Shown here: in pieces, positions 44,499-53,352 of the stretch
How positions within the stretch are numbered: the stretch's first letter is position 1
Layout: each line of letters begins with the position of its first letter
Origin: a virus
IMG/VR virus record: IMGVR_UViG_3300045988_150172
Length of the DNA: 64,000 bases
Strand: one strand, 5' to 3'
Position numbers and translations under genes: made by a program
Notes under the pieces: model-generated
Seen by the model: the letters and a program-made list of their open reading frames with translations, nothing else
Databases searched by the model: none
What the model was told of the DNA's origin: nothing

Positions 44499-44528
44499 GA
44501 GGGGTGGCAGTGATACCACCCCTCTTTT
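44499..44528 (+). terminator. intrinsic terminator
   Basis: The stem gaggggtgg / ccacccctc (9 bp, GC-rich) has an 8-nt loop and is followed by tttt, 20 nt after the stop codon. Confidence 0.75.
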
Positions 44529-44541
44529 AATCTAATCATAT

Positions 44542-45570
44542 ATGATGAAACAACCTTTAGCAATAATCAGCACGGACTGGCATATTAAGGCTGATAATAA
44601 GGAATCAATTTTGAGTATTACAGAACAGGAGATACAGTTGGCTCAGAACTGTGGCGTGAGTACGATTATATGGCTTGGCGACATATTTGACAGTAGAACG
44701 AGCCAGAGTCAGGAGCTTCTTACCCTTATGGATAGCATTCTGAATATGTATTATCTTGCAGGGTTGACCGTACACTGTATTCCTGGAAATCATGATAAAA
44801 CAGATTACGGTGATGATAAAAGCTTCCTAACAGTGTTCAAGTATCATCCAAATTTCCATTTACATGAAGAACTGGACATGTTTGTTCTTGGGCAATATAA
44901 ATTCTGGTTAATGCCTTTTTACAGACAGGATGTGTATCTTAAGAAATTTGAAATGTGTACCCCTTTGGGTCGGTGTGTTCTATTCAGTCACACAGCTATT
45001 CAGGGTTCTATCAACAATGATGGCAGCAAGGTGGAGTCTTCCATTAAGGCTTCTCTGTTTAAGGGGTTTGAAAAGGTCTTTCTTGGGCATTATCATAATA
45101 GACAGCAGCCAGCCAAGAACATCTTTCATCTACCGAGCGTGCAGCAGAACAATTTTGGGGAGGATGAGGACAAGGGTTTTACCGTTCTGTATGATGATCT
45201 GTCCTTTGACCTTGTAAAGTCAGTTTTTAAGCCTTATAAGGAGATTGTAGTTGATGCTCGGACAGTCACCTCGGAGGAACTTGTAGAACTTTCCAAGTCG
45301 TCCGTAGATGGGGTGAATCTGCGTCTTACGTTTACAGGGGATAAACAGGCAGTAAAAAAGATTGACCGAAAAAAATTCACAGCCGTCGGTATAAGTGTGC
45401 AGGTTAAGTATGATGATGTCAATGTTGATGAGGTGGATGAGCACCAGAATATCATTGCAATGACCGGAACCAGTATTGCGGAGAAATTTGAAGAATTTTG
45501 TAAGGAAAAAGGTTATGATTATATAAAGGGTTACGAACTATTAAAAGAAATAATGAAATGGCAGGAATAG
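44542..45570 (+). CDS. Mre11/SbcD-like nuclease
   Basis: Metallophosphoesterase motifs ISTDWH, WLGDIFD, IPGNHD, FSHTAI, LGHYH. Confidence 0.8.
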   Translation: MMKQPLAIISTDWHIKADNKESILSITEQEIQLAQNCGVSTIIWLGDIFDSRTSQSQELLTLMDSILNMYYLAGLTVHCIPGNHDKTDYGDDKSFLTVFKYHPNFHLHEELDMFVLGQYKFWLMPFYRQDVYLKKFEMCTPLGRCVLFSHTAIQGSINNDGSKVESSIKASLFKGFEKVFLGHYHNRQQPAKNIFHLPSVQQNNFGEDEDKGFTVLYDDLSFDLVKSVFKPYKEIVVDARTVTSEELVELSKSSVDGVNLRLTFTGDKQAVKKIDRKKFTAVGISVQVKYDDVNVDEVDEHQNIIAMTGTSIAEKFEEFCKEKGYDYIKGYELLKEIMKWQE

Positions 45571-46520
45571 AAGAACTTGTATCCACCCTACAGAAGAAAT
45601 TCGGTAAGGAGATTGTAGCTGGGAACACTTCACAGGAAGTTACATTCATATCGTCAGGCAGTATGGGTCTAGACTTGGCCTTGGGTGGGGGTTATCCTCT
45701 TGGAAGAATAGTGGAACTCAGAGGATATGAATCAAGCGGTAAGACGACTCTTGCACTTACAGCCTGTGCAAGCATTCAAAGGCAGACAGGTAAGGCGATT
45801 ATCTATGTTGACAGGGAGAATGCTATTGACATGGACTATGTGGAAGCTCTTGGCGTGGATATCTCTCCTGATAAATTCATTCTGACACAGGCAGGCACTG
45901 CTGAGGAATGTCTTGAAATTATACGTGAATCGGCAAAGTCAGATGCTGTTGGTGGTATTGTCATGGATTCTGTGGCGGCTATGTTTCCACGGTGCTATCT
46001 GGATGCGGAGGTGGGGGATGCCAAGATGGGTGTTCTGGCTCGACTGATGTCAGCGTGGCTTCCAGGAATTGTGGGTGACTTGAAGAGAAACAACATCATT
46101 GCTCTGTTCATCAACCAGTATCGTGAAAAGATAGGTGTGATGTATGGTTCACCTAAGACAACTCCAGGAGGAAAGAGTTTGGGTTTTTATGCAAGTCAGA
46201 TTCTGGATATTGCTAAATCAGGTGTTATAGGTGACAAGGGTGAGGAATCAGCCATTCACGTTAAGGTACGCGTGGAGAAGAATAAGGTTGCACCACCACT
46301 TCGCAAGGCGGAGTTTGATATTCGCTTTGGAGAGGGGGTTGATAGGGCTTCTGAAGTGCTTGAGCTGGCTGTTGGTTATGAAGTCATTGAGAAGAAAGGC
46401 ACGTTTTTCCGCTATAATGGTAGTTTGATTGGTCAGGGTGCTGAAAAGGCAAGAATTTTTCTTAGAGACAATCTAGAACTGATGCAGGAGATTGAATCAA
46501 AGATAACAGAAAAGATTTAG
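45558..46520 (+). CDS. recA: RecA-family recombinase
   Basis: GLDLALGGGYPLGRIVELRGYESSGKTTLAL (a bacterial RecA-like P-loop region), IVMDSVAAM (Walker B). Confidence 0.85.
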   Translation: MAGIEELVSTLQKKFGKEIVAGNTSQEVTFISSGSMGLDLALGGGYPLGRIVELRGYESSGKTTLALTACASIQRQTGKAIIYVDRENAIDMDYVEALGVDISPDKFILTQAGTAEECLEIIRESAKSDAVGGIVMDSVAAMFPRCYLDAEVGDAKMGVLARLMSAWLPGIVGDLKRNNIIALFINQYREKIGVMYGSPKTTPGGKSLGFYASQILDIAKSGVIGDKGEESAIHVKVRVEKNKVAPPLRKAEFDIRFGEGVDRASEVLELAVGYEVIEKKGTFFRYNGSLIGQGAEKARIFLRDNLELMQEIESKITEKI

Positions 46521-46524
46521 GCGT

Positions 46525-48519
46525 ATGCGACTGGAAACGTTAAGATTAAAGAATTTTCTATCTTTTAGGGAATTGAACCATACATTCCGTAATGGGGCGA
46601 CCCTTATTCAGGGTAAGAATCTTACGGATGATAGCAAGGAGACAAATGGTGCTGGAAAGTCCACTATGGAAGCTGGTATTTCTTATGCACTGATGGCTAC
46701 ATCGCTTCGTAAGCAGACACTGGATAGGGATCTAATAAGGTGGGGTGAGGATGAAGCAGAAGTTGAATTAACACTGTTTTGCCCAGTAAGGAATCAACGC
46801 CTTAGAATTTTTAGAAAAATCCGTAGCAAGGGATCAGCGACACTTGAACTATATGTAAATGAACAGCCTGTTCAGTTTGCTTCTGTGCTGGAAGGAAACA
46901 GGTATATTCTGGACTGGATAGCTATAACACCTGACGACCTAAAGTCATTCTATATTCTTAATAAGGAAAATTATAAGTCGTTCTTGAGTGCTTCCAATAC
47001 AGACAAGCTTGCTCTTATTAATCGGTTTATGAAAGCAGAGCAGCTGGAAGCCGCTGATGATGTTGTAAAGGAGAGAAGCATTCCTTACATTGAAAAGCGC
47101 GATGCGGCTCAGAAAAAGGTTTTTTCGGTGGAGGGGGAATTAGACGCTTACAGGAGTCAATTGACCCATGAACAGTCCCGTAATCTTGATGAGGAGCTTG
47201 AACAGCAAATTGGGGTGATTAACGAGCGAATAAGTGGGTATAGGCTGAAGATCCAAACGTGTGAGGATAATAATAGGCAGATGGAAGAACTGCAAGGTAA
47301 GGTTGAGCTGGAAGTTGATCAGAGAAAGAAAGTCTTGGCGACAGTGAAACAATCACTTGAAGCAATGGTGGTTGACAACACACTTGAACAACAGAAGGAA
47401 TCAATCAGGCAGGAACGTCAGGGGTTGGATAATGCAGTGCTTGAAGCACGTAATTTTCGTAACGAAGAGAATAGAAGACTTGATGAAACGAACAGAAAAT
47501 TAGCTGAACTGAATAAGATGCTTGCAGGTACTGTTACGTGTCCACACTGCCACCACAGATTCCTACTTAATGATACGGAACATTCTATTGCCGCACTTGA
47601 AAGTGAAAAGGTAAATCTGACCTATGATGTGCAGATTCATAATGACACAATCAATGAAGTTAATAAAGTGCTTGATGAACTTGCAGACAATCTTTCCACC
47701 TATGCTGGTAAGGAGGAGGAAATTGTTGAAGCTATGAACAAGCGTGATATTGAATTATCAGCATTGCGTAAACAGGTTGCGGAAGCGGAGCGTACAATTT
47801 ACAGTAAAGAGGCCTTATTGAGTCAATATGAGGAGACTGTTAATCGTAACAATTCTACTATTGAAAATCTACAGAAGGATATTCAACAGGAGGAGGAACG
47901 AATTGCTGTACTGGAAAAGAATGGCATTCAGACAAAGGTTGAAGAATATGAGGGTTTAATAACTTTGACGGAAAGGAAACTGGAGCGTGCTCAGAAGGAA
48001 CTTGAAAAGGCAGAAGCTGAACTCAGTGAACTTCAACAGTGGGGGCAGCGATTTAAGGACTTTAGAATGTCATTAGCCTGTGGCCAGTTGAAAGTGATTC
48101 AGGATGCTGCAAATCTGTCTCTTGAACGGCAAAAATCTGAACTTCGTGTTTCCATTGACGGTTTCAAGGTGAATGCTAAAGGTCAGATTAAGAGTGAAAT
48201 TACAGTGCTTGTTATCAACGGTGAGGGTGAATATAAAAGTTTCTGGTCATATAGTGGGGGTGAACGTGCTAGAGTGGAGATGGCTATGATACAGGCATTT
48301 CAGGAAATGCTCAACGCTACGAACCCCTATGGTGGGCTGGATTTTTTGATGATTGATGAAGTGCTGGAGGGGACTGACCCCCTTGGGTTAAGTTTACTCA
48401 TTGAATCGTTGAAGGACGTAGAAAATCCAGTTTATATAATTAGTCATGTGATGAACATTAAGGTTGGAACACCAATTTTAACTGTTGTGAAAGAAAAAGG
48501 TATAAGCAGAATTGAATGA
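46525..48519 (+). CDS. Rad50/SbcC-like ATPase
   Basis: NGAGKST Walker A, long coiled-coil with CPHCHH zinc hook, YSGGERARV signature, LMIDEV Walker B. Confidence 0.8.
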   Translation: MRLETLRLKNFLSFRELNHTFRNGATLIQGKNLTDDSKETNGAGKSTMEAGISYALMATSLRKQTLDRDLIRWGEDEAEVELTLFCPVRNQRLRIFRKIRSKGSATLELYVNEQPVQFASVLEGNRYILDWIAITPDDLKSFYILNKENYKSFLSASNTDKLALINRFMKAEQLEAADDVVKERSIPYIEKRDAAQKKVFSVEGELDAYRSQLTHEQSRNLDEELEQQIGVINERISGYRLKIQTCEDNNRQMEELQGKVELEVDQRKKVLATVKQSLEAMVVDNTLEQQKESIRQERQGLDNAVLEARNFRNEENRRLDETNRKLAELNKMLAGTVTCPHCHHRFLLNDTEHSIAALESEKVNLTYDVQIHNDTINEVNKVLDELADNLSTYAGKEEEIVEAMNKRDIELSALRKQVAEAERTIYSKEALLSQYEETVNRNNSTIENLQKDIQQEEERIAVLEKNGIQTKVEEYEGLITLTERKLERAQKELEKAEAELSELQQWGQRFKDFRMSLACGQLKVIQDAANLSLERQKSELRVSIDGFKVNAKGQIKSEITVLVINGEGEYKSFWSYSGGERARVEMAMIQAFQEMLNATNPYGGLDFLMIDEVLEGTDPLGLSLLIESLKDVENPVYIISHVMNIKVGTPILTVVKEKGISRIE

Positions 48520-49016
48520 ATGATAAAACGATAATAGGCGTTGATCCTGGAAAGGAAGGATTTATAACTGTAATGAGGGGTGGTGCGTTTGTTCACCATC
48601 CCATACCCATGGTAGGTCATCGGGAACTGGATATGGTTGCTCTTTCAGCTTTAATTGTTAGTATTGCAAGTGAATGTGATCCTAAGATGACACAGGTTGT
48701 TATAGAGGATGTTCATGCTATCTATGGTAGTTCTGCTGGAGCAACATTTACATTTGGAGGGATAGCCTATGCTCTTAGAATGGGGTTCATCATGGTGGGG
48801 CTTCCTGTGGTGCTTGTAGCTCCTAAGAAGTGGCAGAAGGAGATGTTTGAAGGGGTTAAGGTTGATCCAGATAAAAAGGTGATGTCCATAGCAGCCGCAA
48901 AGCGTCTGTGTCCTGGAGCTGATTTACGAAGAACACCAAGGTGTACCAAGCCTGATGATAATCTTACCGATTCGTTACTTATTGCCATCTATGGTTCAAG
49001 ACATTATGTATTATGA
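48516..49016 (+). CDS. RuvC-like Holliday junction resolvase
   Basis: IIGVDPGKEG, VVIEDVH and LTDSLLIA supply acidic catalytic residues in RuvC order. Confidence 0.65.
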   Translation: MNDKTIIGVDPGKEGFITVMRGGAFVHHPIPMVGHRELDMVALSALIVSIASECDPKMTQVVIEDVHAIYGSSAGATFTFGGIAYALRMGFIMVGLPVVLVAPKKWQKEMFEGVKVDPDKKVMSIAAAKRLCPGADLRRTPRCTKPDDNLTDSLLIAIYGSRHYVL

Positions 49017-49366
49017 AATGGGTGTTAAAGTGTTCAAATAAGGCAGATTGTGAATTTGCTAATAGTGGTAAGTGGCTGGAGTCAGGCTGTTATACGCTAA
49101 AGTATGATAGGAAAAGGAAAAGAATGTTTCCAACTTCAGATGAGGATGTAAGGTGTCCAGTCTGTGGCAGGATTCTTCGATGGGAGGAGCAGTCTGTTCC
49201 TATATCAAATTTTGGTGTCAGTACATTTAATGGTCTTTCGGATGAAGCAAAGAAGAAAGTTCTTCGTGAAAGGTTTGATGCTGACAATAAGCGTACTGGG
49301 AATGACATTAAGGCAAATAATCATCGTAAGGCGATGGAAAAACTAATAGGATATGACAAGCAATGA
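49013..49366 (+). CDS. zinc-ribbon protein
   Basis: CSNKADC ... CPVCGR. 117 aa. Confidence 0.5.
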   Translation: MKWVLKCSNKADCEFANSGKWLESGCYTLKYDRKRKRMFPTSDEDVRCPVCGRILRWEEQSVPISNFGVSTFNGLSDEAKKKVLRERFDADNKRTGNDIKANNHRKAMEKLIGYDKQ

Positions 49367-49670
49367 AATGTTTTTGGATGCCTGTCAAGGCATTGTAATG
49401 AACTGCAACAGGCAGATTCTTGTGATTAAGATTATGGATGAGTGGCGTGCAATTTTGACAAAATATGTTCGTCTTCCAAATAGAGAAGTTCGTTATTCTG
49501 AAGTTATAGGACAGGACATTACTAGAATAGTACAAAACTTTCAAAGTAATTTTCAGGGTATGACAGAGCAGCGTCTTGAAGAACTGGTACAGTCAGTATG
49601 TATACAGACGTTCAAATTTGGAACGAGTGATTACATTTGGCTAACACAGGTGGATTTGAATAAGGGCTAA
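49353..49670 (+). CDS. hypothetical protein
   Basis: 105-aa ORF overlapping the previous gene by 14 nt. Confidence 0.45.
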   Translation: MTSNEMFLDACQGIVMNCNRQILVIKIMDEWRAILTKYVRLPNREVRYSEVIGQDITRIVQNFQSNFQGMTEQRLEELVQSVCIQTFKFGTSDYIWLTQVDLNKG

Positions 49671-49685
49671 TTGATATATAATAAC

Positions 49686-49693
49686 TACATTTG
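49686..49693 (+). promoter_or_regulatory. -7 promoter box TACATTTG
   Basis: Lies in the 53-nt gap before 49724. No convincing -33 element. Confidence 0.35.
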
Positions 49694-49723
49694 TGTTGTA
49701 TATTGTTTAATGTTTTTTGAAAA

Positions 49724-50341
49724 ATGGATACGACACAGATTGTAAATTCAGCTATTGACACAGGCAAGGCGATTGGTGATGTTGGCATGATGGCTATTAC
49801 GGCCGGATTTTTTTTGGTTCTTTCTGGAATCCTTATGGTGGTGTGCTTTAAGTGGTTCATTAAACTTATTAACAGCATGATGGAGGATCAAAAGCGAACC
49901 ATGGAAGAACTTCTAAAGGAAACGCGCGATCAGAATTCAAAGCTTGCAGAACTGTCAGAATGTCTTACTCCTGAAAATCAGCTAAAGACAAAAGTGATTT
50001 CGAATGCTTTCTTTGACCTAGGTATTGAAAAGGTCTGTCGCGTCATTAAAAAGGTTAGAGTGGAAAACCACATCATTGATAAGGAAGCAACAACGGCAAA
50101 GGTTCATAAATTGCTGAAAAATTTGCATGATGATAGGAACAGTAAACTGGATTCGTTTGCCTATTTAGGCAGACCTCTTTCAAGTTATACTGATGAAAAG
50201 TGGGTTGCCAAGGTTGCAGAAGTCGTTCTTAGTGAAATTTACAATGAAAATGGAGTTAATGATGAAAGAGCCAATACGAACGTTACAGCCGTGTACGATC
50301 AGATAAAGTTGGACTTCTATAGTAATATGATGCAGAGATAA
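49724..50341 (+). CDS. membrane-anchored coiled-coil protein
   Basis: Transmembrane segment GMMAITAGFFLVLSGILMVVCF near the N-terminus. Confidence 0.5.
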   Translation: MDTTQIVNSAIDTGKAIGDVGMMAITAGFFLVLSGILMVVCFKWFIKLINSMMEDQKRTMEELLKETRDQNSKLAELSECLTPENQLKTKVISNAFFDLGIEKVCRVIKKVRVENHIIDKEATTAKVHKLLKNLHDDRNSKLDSFAYLGRPLSSYTDEKWVAKVAEVVLSEIYNENGVNDERANTNVTAVYDQIKLDFYSNMMQR

Positions 50342-50343
50342 TT

Positions 50344-51414
50344 ATGAGTCTTTTTGAATTTATAGCTAAATCACGTTCAGGTGTCTATAAGGATACTTCA
50401 GAAAATCGTAGACTTCATCGTGTAGGCCAGCGTTATGGTGCAATTCAACAGATTGTTGATGAGGGGGAACTTGTTCCTGGAATGCCTAATTCGACAAAGG
50501 TGAATCTGAAGAAGTACCTTTCAGGTAAGATGAAGCACCAAGTAGATGCATATATTAATGCACTAAAGGTTACTCCTGCTTGGAATGATATTGAGAAGCT
50601 TCGTGCTGTGACTAAAGCTTATCAGGATATGTTTAATGGCAGTTTTGATTCCTTGTCTAAAAGCAATAGAGCTCTTTTTGTTGAAATTGTTAAAAGACTT
50701 CAGAATAGAATTGCTGAACTTGGTGATGCGAAGAAACCTGATAATGCTGTTGTTACGACAAATGTGGGCACAAAATCTAAATTTGAACAGGCGGCTGAAA
50801 AGGCTGGTTTTGAACGTGGTGAGCCGATGTCTATTGATTTGGCTGATGATAAACATGCCAATCCTAAATATATGAAATCAGTTGATGGAAGTTTTCGTCC
50901 ATATACTTGTAATTGTCAGACATGCGTTGTTGCCTATGAACTTAGACGTAGAGGTTATGATGTAGAAGCAATGGGTGCTGGTGTTCAAAAGGGTTTTATT
51001 AATGAATATCAACACTCACTTGCACTTGATAGCACAAATGCCTTTTTGGGAATATCATTTAAGCGTTCTACATTAAATTGGAATAATTCAATTAAGAGTA
51101 ATACACCTAAAGGTCGTCGTGAGTATGTTGCTAATCTGTTTGATGCAACAAAAGAAGAGGGTCGGTATTTCCTTTCCATGAAAAATAGAAGAAGATCTAC
51201 TGGACACATTGTTGTAGTGGAATCCACTGAGGATGGTGGAAAACTTTTAGTTGATCCTCAATCTGGGGAAAGGATTAATCTTACTGATGGTGCTGCCGTT
51301 GATAAATACTTTTCTAGAGTAGATGTTAAGCATCTCTATAATAAAGTATTTAGGGTTGATAATCTGGAATTTAATCCTGCCGTGTTTACCGTTGTAACTA
51401 AAAATTCTGAATAA
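50344..51414 (+). CDS. leader-bearing cargo protein A1 with Cys/His papain-fold-like C-terminal domain
   Basis: The N-terminus MSLFEFIAKSRSGVYKDTSENRRLHRVGQRYG is shared with 51712. The C-terminal CNCQTCVVAYELRRRGYDVEA ... STGHIVVVE resembles, from memory, toxin-type domains found at the ends of MuF/gp7 head proteins. Confidence 0.55.
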   Translation: MSLFEFIAKSRSGVYKDTSENRRLHRVGQRYGAIQQIVDEGELVPGMPNSTKVNLKKYLSGKMKHQVDAYINALKVTPAWNDIEKLRAVTKAYQDMFNGSFDSLSKSNRALFVEIVKRLQNRIAELGDAKKPDNAVVTTNVGTKSKFEQAAEKAGFERGEPMSIDLADDKHANPKYMKSVDGSFRPYTCNCQTCVVAYELRRRGYDVEAMGAGVQKGFINEYQHSLALDSTNAFLGISFKRSTLNWNNSIKSNTPKGRREYVANLFDATKEEGRYFLSMKNRRRSTGHIVVVESTEDGGKLLVDPQSGERINLTDGAAVDKYFSRVDVKHLYNKVFRVDNLEFNPAVFTVVTKNSE

Positions 51415-51416
51415 AA

Positions 51417-51653
51417 ATGATTGCTGAAAAGGACATATTGAAGATCTGTGAAGCAGCAGGTTGGAAAGGTGGAGAACTTCTTTATGGAGGTTTTGCCGAT
51501 GGAAAGTATTACGTATCCTATGGTGGTAAGAGTGAGGATGGTGTTATTCTGCTAGTGGGAGATCCTATAATTCTCATTGTAGAAAATGGTGTGTGTAGGG
51601 TTGCTACTGATAGTGAAAGGGTTTATTTTTATGAAAATTTCGTGAAAGATTAA
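51417..51653 (+). CDS. small protein B1 (paralog of frameshifted 52688..52925)
   Basis: 78 aa: DILKICEAAGW..LLYGGFADGKYYVSYG..PIILIVENGVCRVATDSERVYFYENFVKD. Confidence 0.55.
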   Translation: MIAEKDILKICEAAGWKGGELLYGGFADGKYYVSYGGKSEDGVILLVGDPIILIVENGVCRVATDSERVYFYENFVKD

Positions 51654-51662
51654 GGAATAATC

Positions 51663-51693
51663 CTTGGATATTTCAGAAAAGTGATTATATTTG
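51663..51693 (+). promoter_or_regulatory. Bacteroidota-type promoter (CTTG -33 / TATATTTG -7, 19-nt spacer)
   Basis: cttggatatttcagaaaagtgatTATATTTGcg. Aligns with the 42475 promoter. Confidence 0.6.
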
Positions 51694-51711
51694 CGTTATA
51701 AAATTTAGGCT

Positions 51712-52440
51712 ATGGGCTTGTTTGAATACATAATTAAAGCTAAATCTGGTGTTTATAAGGATAATCCAGAGAATAGACGACTGCATAGGGCTGGATTACA
51801 ATATGGTCAGAAAAAGCAGCAGGAAAGCGTTCCTGATGTAAACAAGGAGGATTTTGAACTTGCGGAAGCAAAGGTCGAGAAAATGCTTGCCGTGAAACAG
51901 AACTTTGATAATGTTTCACAGGCTGTGTGTATGGAGGTTGGTTGTATTGTCTCCCCTACCAACATTAAAAAGCCCATAAGGATTGCTCAGAAAATGGCTT
52001 CTGATAATTCTACTATTGATGATATTAAGGATGTTATGCGTAACACCTTTGTTGTTAATAGTGACGCTGATGTTGGCAAGGTTATAGAAGTCATATCCAA
52101 GCATTATAAAGTCGTTAGAGTAAAGCGTCAAATGCCTGACAAGTTCGCTGGTTATAGTGGCAATATTGTCAATGTGGAGCTTCCTAATGGTGAAATTGGT
52201 GAAATGCAGGTGAACACGCCACAAATGATATTTGGTAAGGAGGTTGAACGTGATGCTAGAATGATTCTGGGTGATAGTCTATGGGAACGATTAAAGGCCA
52301 ATGCAGGAAACCTTATCCCTGGACTTGGTCATAGGATGTATGAGGTGCTTCGGGATGATTCCATTGACGATGAAAGACTTGATATTGTTGAACGCAATAG
52401 TAGAATTTATTATGATAGAATTAGAAAGATTTCGCTATGA
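51712..52440 (+). CDS. leader-bearing cargo protein A2 with divergent RelA/SpoT-like nucleotidyltransferase domain
   Basis: The N-terminus MGLFEYIIKAKSGVYKDNPENRRLHRAGLQYG matches A1 at about 22 of 32 residues. IKDVMRNTFVV.. / GYSGNIVNVELPNGEIGEMQVNT parallels D.aG.RiiV / GYrSlHl.v....vEiQiRT. Confidence 0.5.
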   Translation: MGLFEYIIKAKSGVYKDNPENRRLHRAGLQYGQKKQQESVPDVNKEDFELAEAKVEKMLAVKQNFDNVSQAVCMEVGCIVSPTNIKKPIRIAQKMASDNSTIDDIKDVMRNTFVVNSDADVGKVIEVISKHYKVVRVKRQMPDKFAGYSGNIVNVELPNGEIGEMQVNTPQMIFGKEVERDARMILGDSLWERLKANAGNLIPGLGHRMYEVLRDDSIDDERLDIVERNSRIYYDRIRKISL

Positions 52441-52685
52441 GAACAGTAACTAACAAGGAACTGGGGGAGTTGCTCCGTTCCAATGAAATGGTCTATCTAT
52501 TAGACGACACCGATGAAATTGCATGGGGGTTTCTTGGTGAAGGAAAGAACCGTAGAAGAGTGGTAAGCAAGGCAAAGGGAAGAGAGCCTTTCGAGCACAA
52601 CCCAAAGCAGCAGAACTCCAACAGTATGATCCGTGCCTATATGAATAAGGATGTGATGACAAAGGAGGAATTTGAAAATTACTGA
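52437..52685 (+). CDS. small hypothetical protein ATGA-coupled to A2
   Basis: 82-aa ORF. Confidence 0.45.
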   Translation: MRTVTNKELGELLRSNEMVYLLDDTDEIAWGFLGEGKNRRRVVSKAKGREPFEHNPKQQNSNSMIRAYMNKDVMTKEEFENY

Positions 52686-52687
52686 AT

Positions 52688-52925
52688 ATGTGTGAGCGAA
52701 AGAATGACATATTAAAGGTCTGTCAATCGGCAGGTTATACAGAGGGAAACCTCATCTATGGTGGTTTTTGTCAATGGGAAACATTATGTGTCCTACGGGC
52801 AGGATGATGCGGAGGAACTCCAATGTGTAGGTGCTCCTGTCATTCTGATAGTAGAGAACGGTCTATGCAGAATTGCCACTGATGATGAACGAAATTACTT
52901 TTATAGATTTCTTGTGAAAGATTAA
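52688..52925 (+). pseudogene. B2, paralog of 51417..51653 disrupted by a +1 shift in a T5 run
   Basis: Frame 1 gives MCERKNDILKVCQSAGYTEGNLIYGGF. After skipping one T of ttttt (52765..52769) the reading is VNGKHYVSYG..PVILIVENGLCRIATDDERNYFYRFLVKD*. The total is 78 aa, the same as B1. Confidence 0.6.
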
Positions 52926-52968
52926 GGATGGTTATTGTATATGCGTTTCTGACAGAGTTAAAGACTAT

Positions 52969-53268
52969 ATGGAAATGAAAAATGATTTCGCGAAGTCCAT
53001 TCTTGACAACCCTTATAACAGGGTTGAGGGTGGCCAGAAGATTGAATTGTTCAATGTTCTGTCCAAGTACAGGTATCAGCGTCAGAATAGGCAGTTGACC
53101 ACCTATGTTGCGTATGCCGAGGATCTTGGAATAACCAAGGAGGAAGCTGTGGCTTACCAGAATTGGATAAACGACGGCAATCCGACAGGCATTGAGTCCG
53201 ATGAGCAGTTTTATGAGATTCAGAAACAGGTATATGGCAAGGTTGTTATAAAATTGTCGTGGCTTTAA
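52969..53268 (+). CDS. hypothetical protein
   Basis: 99-aa ORF. No motif. Confidence 0.4.
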   Translation: MEMKNDFAKSILDNPYNRVEGGQKIELFNVLSKYRYQRQNRQLTTYVAYAEDLGITKEEAVAYQNWINDGNPTGIESDEQFYEIQKQVYGKVVIKLSWL

Positions 53269-53290
53269 TTGATTTTTCATGGGTTATTCT

Positions 53291-53321
53291 TTTGGAAATT
53301 CAAGAACAACGACTATATTTG
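53291..53321 (+). promoter_or_regulatory. Bacteroidota-type promoter (TTTG -33 / TATATTTG -7, 19-nt spacer)
   Basis: tttggaaattcaagaacaacgacTATATTTGcg. Confidence 0.6.
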
Positions 53322-53333
53322 CGTTGTAAAATT

Positions 53334-53352
53334 AAAAATGATTTTGTTATGA
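53334..53352 (+). promoter_or_regulatory. leader cassette AAAAATGATTTTGTTATGA (mini-ORF MILL* overlapping the start codon)
   Basis: Mini-ORF at 53338..53352. The gene's ATG is at 53349. Confidence 0.6.
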
